From NCBI GenBank assembly GCA_963849325.1, contig CAWKHF010000010.1:494917-558916 (forward strand): a stretch of 64,000 bases of DNA, in the 5' to 3' direction. This document shows, piece after piece, positions 20,732 through 32,600 of the stretch. The notes beneath the pieces are model-generated. The model was not told the DNA's origin and made no database searches. It saw only the letters and a program-made list of their open reading frames with translations. Numbering within the stretch: position 1 is the first letter of the stretch; the number at the start of each line of letters is the position of its first letter. The DNA comes from an uncultured Planctomycetota bacterium (GTDB lineage Bacteria; Planctomycetota; Planctomycetia; Gemmatales; Gemmataceae). Made by a program: the position numbers and the translations under genes.

Positions 20732-21631
20732 TCATTCTTCCTCTTTTGCCGGCGTCTGCGCGGTCATCAGCCAGGCCGTCGGAGCCAGGACCAGACCCAT
20801 ACCCGCCAGTGCCAGCGCCGTAAACTGACGGTGCCATAACCAGACGTCGAGAAGCATGGCGAAAACCACCTGCGTCAAATTGACGACGGCAACCTTGGCG
20901 GGCGGCCCGGCCGTGAACGCCATGGTCAAGAATAACTGGCCGACCGTGGCCGTGGCGCCGACGGCCAACAGCAGCCAGATCGCTCCGTCCCGCGGCGGGT
21001 TCGGCGGCGCCGGGACGTGCCCGTCCAGGAAGAACGACGCCACGGAAAACAACAACGCCACGCCGGAGAAGTGGGCGACGATGGCCCAGGGATGCAGGTG
21101 CGACAGCCGGTGCAGGCCGAGCATGGCGACGGCGGTTGAGAAGGCGGCGACCAGGGTGCTGACCACGGGGGCGGCTCGCTGCCAGGCGTCCCTGTCGGGT
21201 TCCTCGCTTCGGCCGGACAGTTCCATCAGCGCCACGCCCAGCACGCTGGCGGCGACCGATAACCAGACTTGCCGGCTGGGCCGTTCCTTGTACAGCGGCC
21301 ACGACAGCAGCGCCACCCAGATGGGGAAGGTGCTGGCGAGCGTGAAGACGTGCGAGGGCGGCAGGCGCGTCAGAGCGTAAAAGGTGCATACCAAGCTGAT
21401 GCTGCCGGCGATGCTGCGCACCCACAGAATACGCGGCGCGAACAGCACCAACCGCGCTCCGCCGAGCACACCCAGCAGGGCGGCCAACAGCAGCGGCAGC
21501 GAACTGCGGGCCAGGGCGATGACGCGCCAGTCGCAGGTCGAGCGCAGGGCGTGAGCAGCCGTGGCCATCCAGGCAAAACAGAAGCTACCCAAAAGCATCC
21601 ACAGGTAAGGCTGCAACGATTCTTTGTACAC
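20732..21631 (-). CDS. DMT/EamA transporter
   Basis: About 10 TM helices in two EamA repeats. Confidence 0.88.
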   Translation of the reverse strand: MYKESLQPYLWMLLGSFCFAWMATAAHALRSTCDWRVIALARSSLPLLLAALLGVLGGARLVLFAPRILWVRSIAGSISLVCTFYALTRLPPSHVFTLASTFPIWVALLSWPLYKERPSRQVWLSVAASVLGVALMELSGRSEEPDRDAWQRAAPVVSTLVAAFSTAVAMLGLHRLSHLHPWAIVAHFSGVALLFSVASFFLDGHVPAPPNPPRDGAIWLLLAVGATATVGQLFLTMAFTAGPPAKVAVVNLTQVVFAMLLDVWLWHRQFTALALAGMGLVLAPTAWLMTAQTPAKEEE

Positions 21632-21727
21632 GAGAGGTCGGAGGTGGTGCTCCCCGGAAGGGACTTGGGAGGGTGGTGGGCGACACAGGTTTTCTATGAA
21701 CGATCAGGAGGTCGGCCACTCGGCCCC

Positions 21728-22919
21728 TCAGATGGGGGCGAACCAGACGCGGAGCAGCACCGCCAACGGCAGCAGGCACGGAGCCGACAGAACGACGAGC
21801 GGCCAGCGCCAACGCGCCTGCACGCACCCTAGCCAAACACCCAAGGGCAGCCAGGCGAACACGCGCGTATAACTCCAGTTGTCGCCGTAAAGGGCCACAC
21901 CGCCCAGCAGCGCCAGTCCCGCTCCGGCCAGGGCGACCAGCTGAATCAGTCGATCCCCCGATGTCCGCAACAACGCCAGCGCCAGGCCGAGTTGTAAGGT
22001 GAGGGTCAACATGCAGACGACATGAAAGATCGTGAATCCCCGTGAATCGGCGCTCAGGTGCGTCCAGCGATAGAAGAAACCGGACAGCGGCACCGCCAGG
22101 TTGCCCCCCGTGGGCAGCAGCGACCATTCGCCGTAGAAGGCGCGGAGGACGCCTAACCAGCCCAGCCACAGCAACAGGGCGGCGAGCAAGCCCGCAAGGA
22201 GAAATCGTTGCGATGGGTCCGTAGGGTGGGTCGAGGGACGAGACCCACCGGGGTCATGCGGTGGGTCTCGTCCCTCGACCCACCCTACGCCGCGCTCGCC
22301 GGAGGCTGAAAGCCAGGACGAGCAGGACCACCACGACGTTCTGTTCGCGGCTGAACAGCGCTCCGGCGGCGCACGCGACCAGCGCCCACCACGGCCAGCG
22401 CAGCAGCCAGGCAACGAGCAGAGCACAGACGGCCAGGGTAGAGAGCACGTCGGTCAGGTTGCGCAGAGCGGGCATGGCGGCGTTGACGGCGAACGGCAGC
22501 AGCACCCCCCACCACGGACTCAGGCCATGCCGCCGAGCCACGACCGCCCCGAGGGCGGCCAGCGCGGCGATGGCCAGCAGATTGACCAGGGGCATGACCC
22601 AGAGCAGCAGGCGAGCGTCGCCGGCGCTGAGCAGCCAGCTCAGGGCCGGGTACAGGATGCGCGCCTGCCGCACCGCCGGGGCATCGACGCCGAGGTTGTG
22701 GCGGCGCCAGGGAGCGCGAGCGATGGCGTAATAGAATTGGCCGTCGTAGCCGTTGCGGTCGAAGCCGGTGCGGATGTATTCAAAGGGCGTCCGGCCCAGG
22801 CGCTCGCGGGCCACGCACACCAGCGCCGACAGATCGCCGTGGAACGCCGCCACGTAGGCGGCAATTACGCCGGCGTGAAACGCCGCGGCCACGACAATGG
22901 GACCAACGAGGCGGCGCAT
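21728..22919 (-). CDS. Polytopic membrane protein with GYDGQFYY motif (GT-C-like); frame break next to an internal REP doublet
   Basis: MRRLVGPIV... GYDGQFYY...RILYP; two ORFs joined near 22290. Confidence 0.7.
22221..22288. repeat. GTAG-type REP doublet (REPIN)
   Basis: Perfect IR gtagggtgggtcgagggacgagacccacc / ggtgggtctcgtccctcgacccaccctac. Confidence 0.9.
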
Positions 22920-22936
22920 GAACCCTCTCCCTGCTT

Positions 22937-24093
22937 TCAGGCGGCCCGGCGCACTTGCTGGCGCAGGAAGCCGGCGCAGCTCTGGACGACGCGGCGCTGC
23001 TGCTCGACCGTCAGCTCGGGATAGATCGGCAGCGCCAGCACCTGACCGGCCGCCTCCTCGCTGGCCGGGAAGTCGCCCGTGCGGTAGCCGAGGTAACGCA
23101 GGCACTCCTGCTGGTGCAGGGCCATCGGGTAGTAGATCTCGCAGCCGATGTGCTCGGCCTTGAGGTGGCGAACCAGGGCGTCGCGCTGGCCGCCGGCGAC
23201 GCGGACGACGTACTGGTTGAACGTGTGCCGGCGGTGCGGGCGAACGACGGGACGTTCGAGGAAATGACCCAGGTGCTGCTCCTCGATGAGGGCGTCGTAG
23301 CGAGCGGCGATGGCCTGGCGATCGGCGATCCAGCGCTCCAGGTGCGGCAGCTTGACGCGCAGCATGGCCGCCTGCAGAGCGTCCAGGCGGCGCGTTCCAG
23401 CCGAGATACTTGTGGTAAGTACTTCGGCTCCATGCCGTGCACGCGCAGACACTTCATGCGCTCCGCCCACTCGGGGTCGCTGGTGACGACCATGCCGGCG
23501 TCGCCGTAGGCGCCGAGGTTCTTGGTCGGATAGAAGCTGAGACAGCCCATACTGCCGAGACTGCCGGCGCGCTTGCCCTGGTACTCGGAGCCGAGCGCCT
23601 GGGCAGCGTCCTCGATGAGGATCAGGTCGTGGCGCTCGGCGATGTGCCAGAGCGGCTCCATGTCGGCGCACTGGCCGAACAGGTGGACGACGAGGATGGC
23701 GCGGGTGCGCGGCGTGATCTTGTTCTCGACCTGGAGCGGGTCGAGGTTGTAGGTGAGCGGGTCGATGTCGCTGAAGACGGGGCGGGCGCCGGTGCGGCAG
23801 ACGGAGCCGGCGGTGGCGAAGAAGGTGAAGGCGGGCAGGATGACCTCGTCGCCGGGGCCGAGGTCCAGGGCGTGCAGGGCCAGCGACAGGGCGTCGGTGC
23901 CGGAGCCGCAGCCGACGCCGTGGGCGACGCCGCAATAGCGGGCCAACTCGTTCTCCAGGGCGGCGACCTCGGGTCCGAGGATGACCTGTCCGGAGGCGAG
24001 GACGCGCCGCAAGGCCGCCTCCAGTTGCGGCTGCAAGTCGCGGTACTGGGCCTGAAGATCACAGAGGGGAACGCCGCCCGAGTTTGCTGCCAT
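22937..24093 (-). CDS. DegT/DnrJ/EryC1/StrS aminotransferase (frameshifts ~23400-23420)
   Basis: GSGTDAL, VHLFGQ, EDAAQ, SFYPTKNLGAYGDAG, RLDALQAA, LALPIYP. Confidence 0.95.
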
Positions 24094-24196
24094 GTTCCGG
24101 CTCCTTCCGCCAGGGACTCATCCATGAGCGAGCGGCCGCGCCTGCCGCCCTGTCGGCGGGCCACGGTATGTTGACCCCGGCGGAATGTCAAGACAG

Positions 24197-24249
24197 GTCA
24201 GGGGTCAGTAAAGCGGTGCCCGCTTCTTCTCTGACTCCTGATCCCTGAC
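24197..24249. repeat. Heptamer-repeat hairpin in divergent intergenic region
   Basis: gtcagggGTCAG ... CTGACtcCTGATccCTGAC. Confidence 0.5.
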
Positions 24250-24339
24250 TTCGGCTTGACCCTTCCGGAAGCAAATTGAATAATTTCACGGCCTGAAACG
24301 GGTCGAGCGTACCTGTCGGCAGCGAGAGGGAGTTGTTTC

Positions 24340-25192
24340 ATGCTGAGTTCGTCAAATGGCCATCAGACCGCCGAGATCGCGGAAACGCTAATGCGGTGCG
24401 TGCCCGCTTCGCCGGCGGAGCGGATCGCTCTGCTGCACCAATTGCTCGGCGAACCCGCCTGCCGCCAACTCGGCATCTATCCCATCCCCGAAGGCTTCAA
24501 GCTGTCGGTCGTCATCCCCGTCTACAACGAGGAGCGCTGGATCCGCGAGGTGGTGCGGCGCGTGCAGGCGGTGCCCATCCCCAAGGAAATCGTCATCGTC
24601 GAGGATTGCAGCAAGGACGGCACGCGCGACATCCTCAAGGAGCTGGAAGGCGGCGACGTGCCGCGTCTTCTACCAGCCGCACAACCAGGGCAAGGGTGCG
24701 GCCCTGCGGCGCGGCTTCCAGGAAGCGACCGGCGACGTCATCCTCGTGCAGGACGCCGACCTGGAGTACGACCCGGCCGAGTATCCGCGACTGCTCCAGC
24801 CGATCCTCGAAAACCGGGCCGACGTGGTGTACGGCTCGCGCTTCATCGGCGAGAGCCATCGCGTCCTGTACTTCTGGCACTCCGTCGCCAACAAGATGCT
24901 GACGCTGCTGTCGAACATGTTCACGAACCTGAACCTGACCGACATGGAGACGTGCTACAAGGTCTTCCGCCGCGAGGTGCTGCACGGCATCAAGCTGAGG
25001 TCCAACCGCTTCGGCTTCGAGCCGGAGGTCACCGCCAAGATCGCCCGCCGCCGTCCCGGCCAATCCTCCTGGCGCATCTACGAAGTCCCGATCAGCTATT
25101 CCGGCCGCACCTACGAGGAAGGCAAGAAGATCGGCCTGAAGGATGCCTTCAACGCTTTCTACTGCATCCTGTGGTTCCGCTACTTTGATTGA
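24340..25192 (+). CDS. Family 2 glycosyltransferase (frameshift ~24660)
   Basis: [46 protein letters not shown]. Confidence 0.93.
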
Positions 25193-25240
25193 TCTCCGCG
25201 TGCGTTCCTCGGGGCGAGGACGCACCGCTGCTCGCCGAGG

Positions 25241-26124
25241 TCACTGCCGCAGCACTTTCATCGGCCGCAGAAGCTTGCGCGGCCGATCGATCGCCGCCAC
25301 GGCGACAAGGCCGTTGTCCGCGTCAAAGACGGCCGTCTCTTCTCCTGTCGGCACGTCGGCCACGGCGATAGTCTGGCCGTGAATCAGACGCTTGCAATCG
25401 TTGTCCGGCAGCACGAGCCGCGGCAGTTCGGCGACGGCCAACTCGATCGGCAGCAGGCGTGCCCATGCCATCTCGGCGTCGGACTCCAGGGTAAGCACTC
25501 CGTCGGCGGTGAACGGGCCGACGCGCGTCCGCCGGAGCGTCTGAACCAGGGCACCGCAGCCCAGACGTTCGCCGAGGTCGCGGGCCAGGGAGCGGATGTA
25601 GGTGCCTTTGCCGCAATGCACTTCCAACTCCAGGTGAGGATAGGCGTAGTCCAGCACATCAATGGCGTGGATGAAAACCGTTCTCGGCCGCAGCGTCACC
25701 TCGTCGCCGCGGCGAGCGAGATCGTAGGCGCGTCGGCCGGCGACCTTGGCCGCTGAGTAGACGGGCGGCACCTGCTCCCGGACGCCGACGAAGTCCGCCA
25801 CGCGGGCCGCCACAATGACGGCATCGGGGACCACCGCTTCGTGGACAGGGAGGATCGTGCCGTCCGCGTCGTCCGTGTCGCTGCGCGCGCCAGCCGCAGC
25901 CGTGTGCGATAGGTCTTGCGCATGAGTTGGACGTACTCGGCGAGGCGCGTGGCACGACCCAGGCAAAGGACGAGTACGCCGGTGGCCAGCGGATCGAGCG
26001 TGCCGGTGTGGCCGATCCGCGTGCGGCGTGGGAACCAGCGCAGCACGCGATCAACTGCCATGCGCGAGGTCAGACCGCCCGGCTTGTCGAGTACGAGAAG
26101 ACCATCGGGAGCCGAATTGTTCAT
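25241..26124 (-). CDS. truB: tRNA pseudouridine(55) synthase (frameshift ~25890)
   Basis: LDKPGGLTS, GHTGTLDPLATG, QVPPVYSA, CGKGTYIRSLARDLG. Confidence 0.96.
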
Positions 26125-26409
26125 GCGCAAAACCCCTCGTCCCGGGGCGAACCTGCCTTTTCGATGACCATCCAACCGCCGGGCGGACCAACCAACCTGA
26201 CCGACTGCCTGGCTCTCCTCGCGGAGGGCATCGCGTGGCAACGCCGTTCGCCTGTCCGCGGGATCCAGAGAGGACGGTGCGCTGTCCGCCGGCGAACCGG
26301 ACGCCGAGCCGCAGCGCCAGCCGTCGGTCGAGCGTGGGGATTCTGTCGGTCCGTCCAGCGAACAGCGGGCTGGCCATTGATACCAAGGACTTAACCCGTT
26401 TCCAGGGAC

Positions 26410-27938
26410 CTGTACTTTCCGTGATTTCCTTATAGTTCGCCATAAGCGATCACTCTCGGGCGTAAAGTCGCTGGCGAGGTAACGAAGCATGGCTGCGACG
26501 AGCAGGTGGACACAAGCCGACCCCTCGAACACGATGAAGGGTAGTCAACAACCTTCGTCCTGCCAAGGAGTCGGCCATGCCATTGTCGCAACTGCCCGCC
26601 CTGCTGTCCGCCTGTTTCCACGATCTCATTGCCGCCCTCGACCGACGCTCCGCACCCCGCTTGCTCTTGCTCTTTCAGAGCGCCCTCTTCGCCCGCGGAC
26701 GACGCACCGTCACCTCCTGGTTCCGCGCCGCAGGCATCGACCGCGACTTCCGCCCCGCCTACAACGCGCTCTGGGCTGCCGGCCGACGCGCCGAAGCCTT
26801 GGCCCATCGCCTGCTCTGCATCGCCCTCAAGCCGCTGATGCGTCACGCCCCGGGCCATCACCTGCTGTTCGCCATCGACGACACGCCCACCGCCCGTTAC
26901 GGCCCCCCGGTGCAGGGCGTCGGCATCCATCACAACCCCACGCCCGGTCCGGCCGGCGAGAAGTTCGTCTACGGACACATCGGGGTCACGCTGGCTTGGC
27001 TGGCCCGCCACCCCGCCTGGGACACGCTGGCCTTGCCCCTGCGGGCCCTCCTCTACGTCCGCGCCAAGAATGTTCCCACACTGGCCAAGCGTTACCCGTG
27101 GCCGTTTCGCACCAAGCTGGAACTGGCCGTCGAACTGGCCCGTTGGCTGTGCGTCTGGTTGGCTGGCTTGGGCAAGGAACTGCGACTGGTCGTCGATGGC
27201 GCCTACGCCAAGCGGCCCTTCCTCAAGCCGGTGCTGGCCTTGGGTGTGGTGGTGTTCAGCCGCCTGCGCAAGGATGCCAACCTGCGCACCGTGCCGACGG
27301 CGAAACGTCGTCGCGGTCAGCGGGGGCCGCTGCCGACCTACGGCAAGGAGCGGATCGACTTGGCCAAGCGTGCCGGGCAGAAGCGTGGCTGGCGACGGCT
27401 GGCGTGTGTGCAATACGGCGAGCACGTGGTCAAGACCGTCAAGACGTTCGAGGCAACGTGGCGTCCGGCCGGCGGCCGTATCCGTGTGGTGATCGTGCGT
27501 GAGGACGAGGGCTGGCTGGCCTACTTCTGCACCGAACCGGCGGTGACGGTAGTGGAGATCCTGGAAGCGATGGCCGATCGAGGCGCCATCGAGCAGTTGT
27601 TCCACGATGTCAAGGAGGTATGGGGAGCGGATCAGCAGCAGGTGCGTAACGTGTATGCCAGCATTGGGGCGTTCACGGTCAACCTGGTGTTGTACAGTGT
27701 GGTCGAGGTGTGGGCGTGGACGCGCACCGAGGACGAACTGGTAAGCCGACCGACGTGGGATGAGGAGGCGCGTCGTCCCTCGCACGCGGACAAACGTAAG
27801 GCGGTGCAAGGCGAAATCCTCCGGGGGGGAAATCCAGGCGGCTCTGGGTCGGCGGACAAAGCGCGAGGAGTTTCAGGCTCTCGCCATGCGTCTGCTCAAT
27901 CTGGCCGCATGAGTGTTAGATTGTCGCGGAAAGTACAA
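26410..27938 (+). mobile_element. IS701-family-like insertion sequence
   Basis: TIRs tgtactttccgtga / tcgcggaaagtaca; flanking direct repeat agggac (26404-26409, 27939-27944). Confidence 0.88.
26577..27912 (+). CDS. DDE transposase (frameshift in G-run ~27825)
   Basis: AIDDTP, VVDGAY, RGAIEQLFHDVKE. Confidence 0.9.
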
Positions 27939-28245
27939 AGGGACGAGAGGGGACGGGGATCCCTCTTCGTATCCAGTGGTCGGCCGTGCCCATCCGCTCG
28001 TCGCTTTCCTGCTTCTCCACGCCGCTCGCACGGTATTGGCGGACTTGACGGGTGCGGCAGGCGCGATAGGATGACGTTCGGTTTGGTTGACCGGCTCCGA
28101 AACGCGCGGATCACGGAAGTCCCAGTCGGCGTATGTATCAGACACCCCGTCCCCTCTTATCATTCTAGAGACGCGGCAGTGGGGGCAAGGGAATCAGAAG
28201 GCAACAAAAGAGTTGATCGAAGCCAGGCAAGGACAGGTAATATGA

Positions 28246-28319
<74 letters not shown>

Positions 28320-28328
28320 TTAAACCGA

Positions 28329-28359
28329 AGTAGCCGCAAGCTAAAGACTTGCGGCTACT
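28329..28359 (+). terminator. Hairpin after tRNA
   Basis: agtagccgcaag-N7-cttgcggctact. Confidence 0.7.
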
Positions 28360-28714
28360 GTCGTTTTAAGACACATAAAGGAGGAAAACCGATTTGGTAG
28401 CAAATTGGTAGCAGCTCGCGGGTGACATTGGTTTGGTGTTGAAGGATGAGGTGGTCAAGCATCCGAAATCCTCGGGCGGCGTCTGGGCGGCGAACCTTCA
28501 AAAAGCCATCCTTGGGCTTTGACCTGGCTGAGATGTGCCAGAGCCTTCGGTAGCCGGGCGTCTGGGAATGAAAAGAAACTGGTCCCATCTACCGAGCTGC
28601 AAGCCCATGCTTGGGCGAGCCGCATACGGCGCTGGTGTTCACCCGGCCCATGTGCGTCCACTTGCCCCGACTCCTGGTCTCCTTGGTGAGACTCTCGGCG
28701 TCCCTGCCCAGCGT

Positions 28715-28915
28715 CTAGCGTTCCCAGCCTTGACCACGGCTCCGCTGCCGGCTGTCCTGCATCATCTCGACGATGGCCTGGGCCATAATGACGCCGAGAC
28801 CGACGGCGGTGATGACGGAGAACACCATGCCCAGTTTGGTGCCCTGGCGCTCGCGGGCGAGCCGCTCGGTGAAGGACGCTACATGGAGCGGGTTGGGATT
28901 GCTGGGGATGCTCAT
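28715..28915 (-). CDS. Small single-TM protein
   Basis: 66-aa ORF directly downstream of the repeated promoter. Confidence 0.65.
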   Translation of the reverse strand: MSIPSNPNPLHVASFTERLARERQGTKLGMVFSVITAVGLGVIMAQAIVEMMQDSRQRSRGQGWER

Positions 28916-28921
28916 GGGCGA

Positions 28922-29129
28922 CTCGATTGCTTGGTGATATGCTACTCATAGCGTAGCTTATTTCGCTCTCCTTGGCAAGCGCCATGAATTGGCCCCGGCC
29001 TGCTCCCTTTGCTCCGCATGGTCTGCCTTCATTGCCGGCGTTAGGGCGAGCGGGGCCGAATGGCCTCTGGCCCGCTTGCCTCTCACGCCGTCGCCGTCGG
29101 TCGCCGTTTTTCGGGGTGGGTTCATAGAG
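28922..29129 (-). promoter_or_regulatory. Conserved upstream repeat copy 1 with sigma70 promoter
   Basis: TTGCCA-N17-TACGCT on minus strand; homologous to 35448-35660. Confidence 0.8.
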
Positions 29130-29604
29130 TGGGTGCCCACCCCGAAAAATGGCGGCCAGAGGCGAGGGCGGGCCTTTCTTGTTCTTGTCCTGGGTTCTGG
29201 CCCCCTCACGCTTAAGCCAGAGGGAGCCGGTGAGGGGTCGGGTGGCCTTTTGATTCCGACCTTGTCTCATTCGGGGTGCGATACCTTGCTTGGCTTTCCG
29301 CTGGAGAGCGCACCGAACATGGCGACGACAGCCAGAAGCCGGGAGAGGCTTATTTGGCAGCGTGATCGGCATTGGGAGGGGATCGGAACCGTTCTGGACA
29401 ACGGAACAATGTCGGCGGCTGCCGCACCAAAGGCCACGGACGGCCTGACTGCGGCAGCCCACCGCGTCGGCCCCCGCCAGGCCAAGGAGGGAGTAAAAAG
29501 AAGATAGATGGCAGATCGGAAGAGAAGGGCCAGTTCGGACAGAAGAGCCAACAGCGGGGATTCCTTGACTGCTCACCCTTGCCTCGGTTCGAGTAGAAAT
29601 CGGT

Positions 29605-32600
29605 CTACAAACCAACCTCTTGCCCCTCGTTCCGCCGCCGATTCCTTGCGACCCGTTCCCGGAAGGTCGAAGACTTGATGGATGAACCAGCGGCCGTGCT
29701 GGAGTGGTCGGAAGGAGTCGCAGAAGGCGTGAGGTCTTCGGGAACAACCTGGGGTATGGATTCAGCTAGTGGGGATGCCTCCGGCGGAGATGCGGCGGCA
29801 TCGGAACCAGTCGTTAGTTCGGAAGTGGACGCTGGCTGATTTCGGCGGCGGATGCGGGCGGTGACTGGCTCCTCAGCGGAGGATGCCTTCGGTCTGTCCC
29901 GCTGTGGCGTGGCGTCGATGGTGTGCGCGGCCTTGAGGGACTTGATACGCTCGGCGAGTTCGGCCGCCGTGGACTTGGCCTCGTCGCCTTTCGCCTGGGC
30001 CGTTGCGGAAAGGCCGGCTTTGAGCTGATCCCGCAAGAGGGTCAGTTCAGACAGATAGGCGTCGTGGAGGAAGGGCTGGCCGAGGCGTGCTTGGTAGTCC
30101 CGCAGCTGCGCTTCCGCGATGGCGAGGTCTTGCCGGACGCGGGCGCAGTCTGTGCCATAGGCGTTGGCCAGACGTTCCACCGCGTTGAGGACAGCACGCG
30201 GCCCCTGGTGTTCCCGCAAGAAGCCGGCCTGGCGCGTGGCGGCACCCTCTAGGTACACGTCGGGCGCGCTGTGGGGATGCAGGACCAGGCCGAAATGCAG
30301 GCCGCGATAGATGCCCAAAGGGACGCGGCGCGTCTCACGGACGTGCAGAGGCAAAGAATCCAGTTCGATGCCCAATGCACCCGCTGCATCCTCACGGGCG
30401 TACCTGTGCCGACCGATGGTAATGGGGTCAGCGGCGTGAGTGGCGGCGGTGGCTTGATCGGCAGTGAGGGCGGATAAACGCTCGGACAGGCTGGCAATGG
30501 TTCCCGGCAAGTCGCGCACCCTGCGGCGGGCGACGTACTGCTCGTCCAGGTGGTTCTTTTTCAAGAGGGCAAGTCGTTGCAACTCGGCATCGGCCTCGGC
30601 CAGGGTCAGGACTGCCGGGTTGCCCGATGCAATCGCCTTGACTTCCGCGTAGGACAATTCCTGGCCGCCGATGTCCTCGGCGCGGCGGGCGGTACTCTCG
30701 CCGGTCATCACCTGGGCGATGAAGCGGGCCTTGGTTTCCAGCGCTTGCCACATATAGGCGTCGAACGAGCCTTCGGTGACGTAGCGATAGACGGCCACTT
30801 CCTCGTTCTCGTTGCCCTGGCGCAAGATGCGGCCCTCGCGTTGTTCAACCTCGGCCGGCTTCCAAGGTGCGTCCAGGTGATGCAGCGCCACCAGGCGTTT
30901 CTGCACGTTGGTGCCGGTGCCCATCTTCTGCGTGCTACCGAGCAGCACACGCACCGAGCCGTTGCGGACCTTCTCGAAGAGGGCCTGCTTCTTGGCGTCG
31001 GAGTCAGCGTCCCCGATGGCGGCGATCTGTTCGCGGGGGACGCCGTGGGCGACGAGCTTCCTGATAATGTCGCCGTAAGCCGAATAGTCCCAATCGGTCG
31101 GATGAACGCCCATGTCGCAAAAGATCATCTGCGTGCCGCGTGTCGCCGCCGTCCGCTCCCAGACAGCCGCGACCTTCTCCACCAGAGCGTTGACCTTGGA
31201 GCCGGGGAAGTCAGGGGCGGTCGCGGAAAGCATCCGGGCGTCGAGGGCGAGCTTGCGGCCGTCGGTGGTGATGGCCAGGGCGTTGTCTTCGCGTGGGTCC
31301 ACCTTCTGCGACCGCAGCCGCTCGTAGCGTTCCACGAGCTTCTGCTGGAGGTCGTGCTGCTCCTCGGACATCGGGCAGGCGACGACAATAGCTTTGCCGC
31401 TCTCCAGATGGGGGCGGGGCAGGTCGAGCATCTCGGCCGTCTGCACATCGGCGAAGGACCGGAACATCTGCTGAAGTTCCGGGAGATTCGTGAATCGGGC
31501 GAACCGACTGCGCGGCCGTAGCGATGCCCCATCGGGGGAGATTTCCATTGTGTCGATGACTTCGCCGAAGGTGCCGGCCCAGGCGTCGAAGTGTTCGATG
31601 CCGCGTTGACGCAGCCCTTCGGGGTCGAGGAAGCGTTGCATGGTGTACATCTCGACCATCGTATTACTGATGGGCGTGCCGGTGGCGAAGGTAACGCCGT
31701 GGCCGGCGTGCTGCTCGTGCAGGTAACGGGCTTTCATGTACACATCGAACGCGCGTTCGCTGCCGCCGGTCTGGATGCCGGCGACGCGCTCCATCTTGGT
31801 CGGCGTCTCCAGGTTCTTGAAGTAGTGGGCCTCGTCGATGAAGACGTGATCGACGCCGAGTTCATCGAACACCAGGCCGTCGTCCTTCTTGTCCTCGGCG
31901 AGCAAGTCCGTGAGGCGTTCGACGCGGGCGGCCTTCTGCTTTTCGATGGTCTTGATGAGGTTACGGTTGCTGCCTCGGTCGGCGGCGTGTTCGCGGAGCA
32001 GTTGGTCGTACTCCTCGATCTGCTCGCGCAGGAACGTCTCTTGGTACTCCCGCGACATGCCGATGCGCTCGAAGCTGCTGTGGGTGACGATGATGCCATC
32101 CCATTCGCCACTGGCGATCTTGGCGGTCAAGTGCTTGCGACGGTCCCGCGACAAATCCTCCTTGGCGGCGACGAGCAGCTTGGCGTTGGGGTAGAGCTGC
32201 ATGAACTCGCGGGCGAACTGCTCCAGCAGATGATTGGGCACGACGTACATCGGCTTGTGGATCAGCCCGGCCTGCTTCATCTTCATGCCAGTGGCCGCCA
32301 TCGTGAACGTCTTGCCGGCGCCGACGGCGTGGGCCAAGCAGCGTGTTGCCGCTGCTCATGCCGCGCCACACGGCATCGTTCTGGTGCGGCCGGAGCCGGA
32401 TGGTCTGGTTCATGCCGGGGAAATCCAGATGCGAGCCATCGAAGAGGCGGGGGCGGAGGTTGTTGTAGGTGTCGTTGTAAATGCGTACCAGCCGCTCGGT
32501 GCGGTCGGGATCGGCGAAAACCCAGGAGCGGAACCGCTCCTTGATGAGTTTTTGCTTCTCGCGTGCGGCAAACGTCGCCTCCTGGTTGACCACGCGCTCC

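Noticed and set aside
28455-29747. 430-aa minus-strand ORF
   Set aside because: No motifs; it runs through promoter repeats, hairpins and a better-supported small gene
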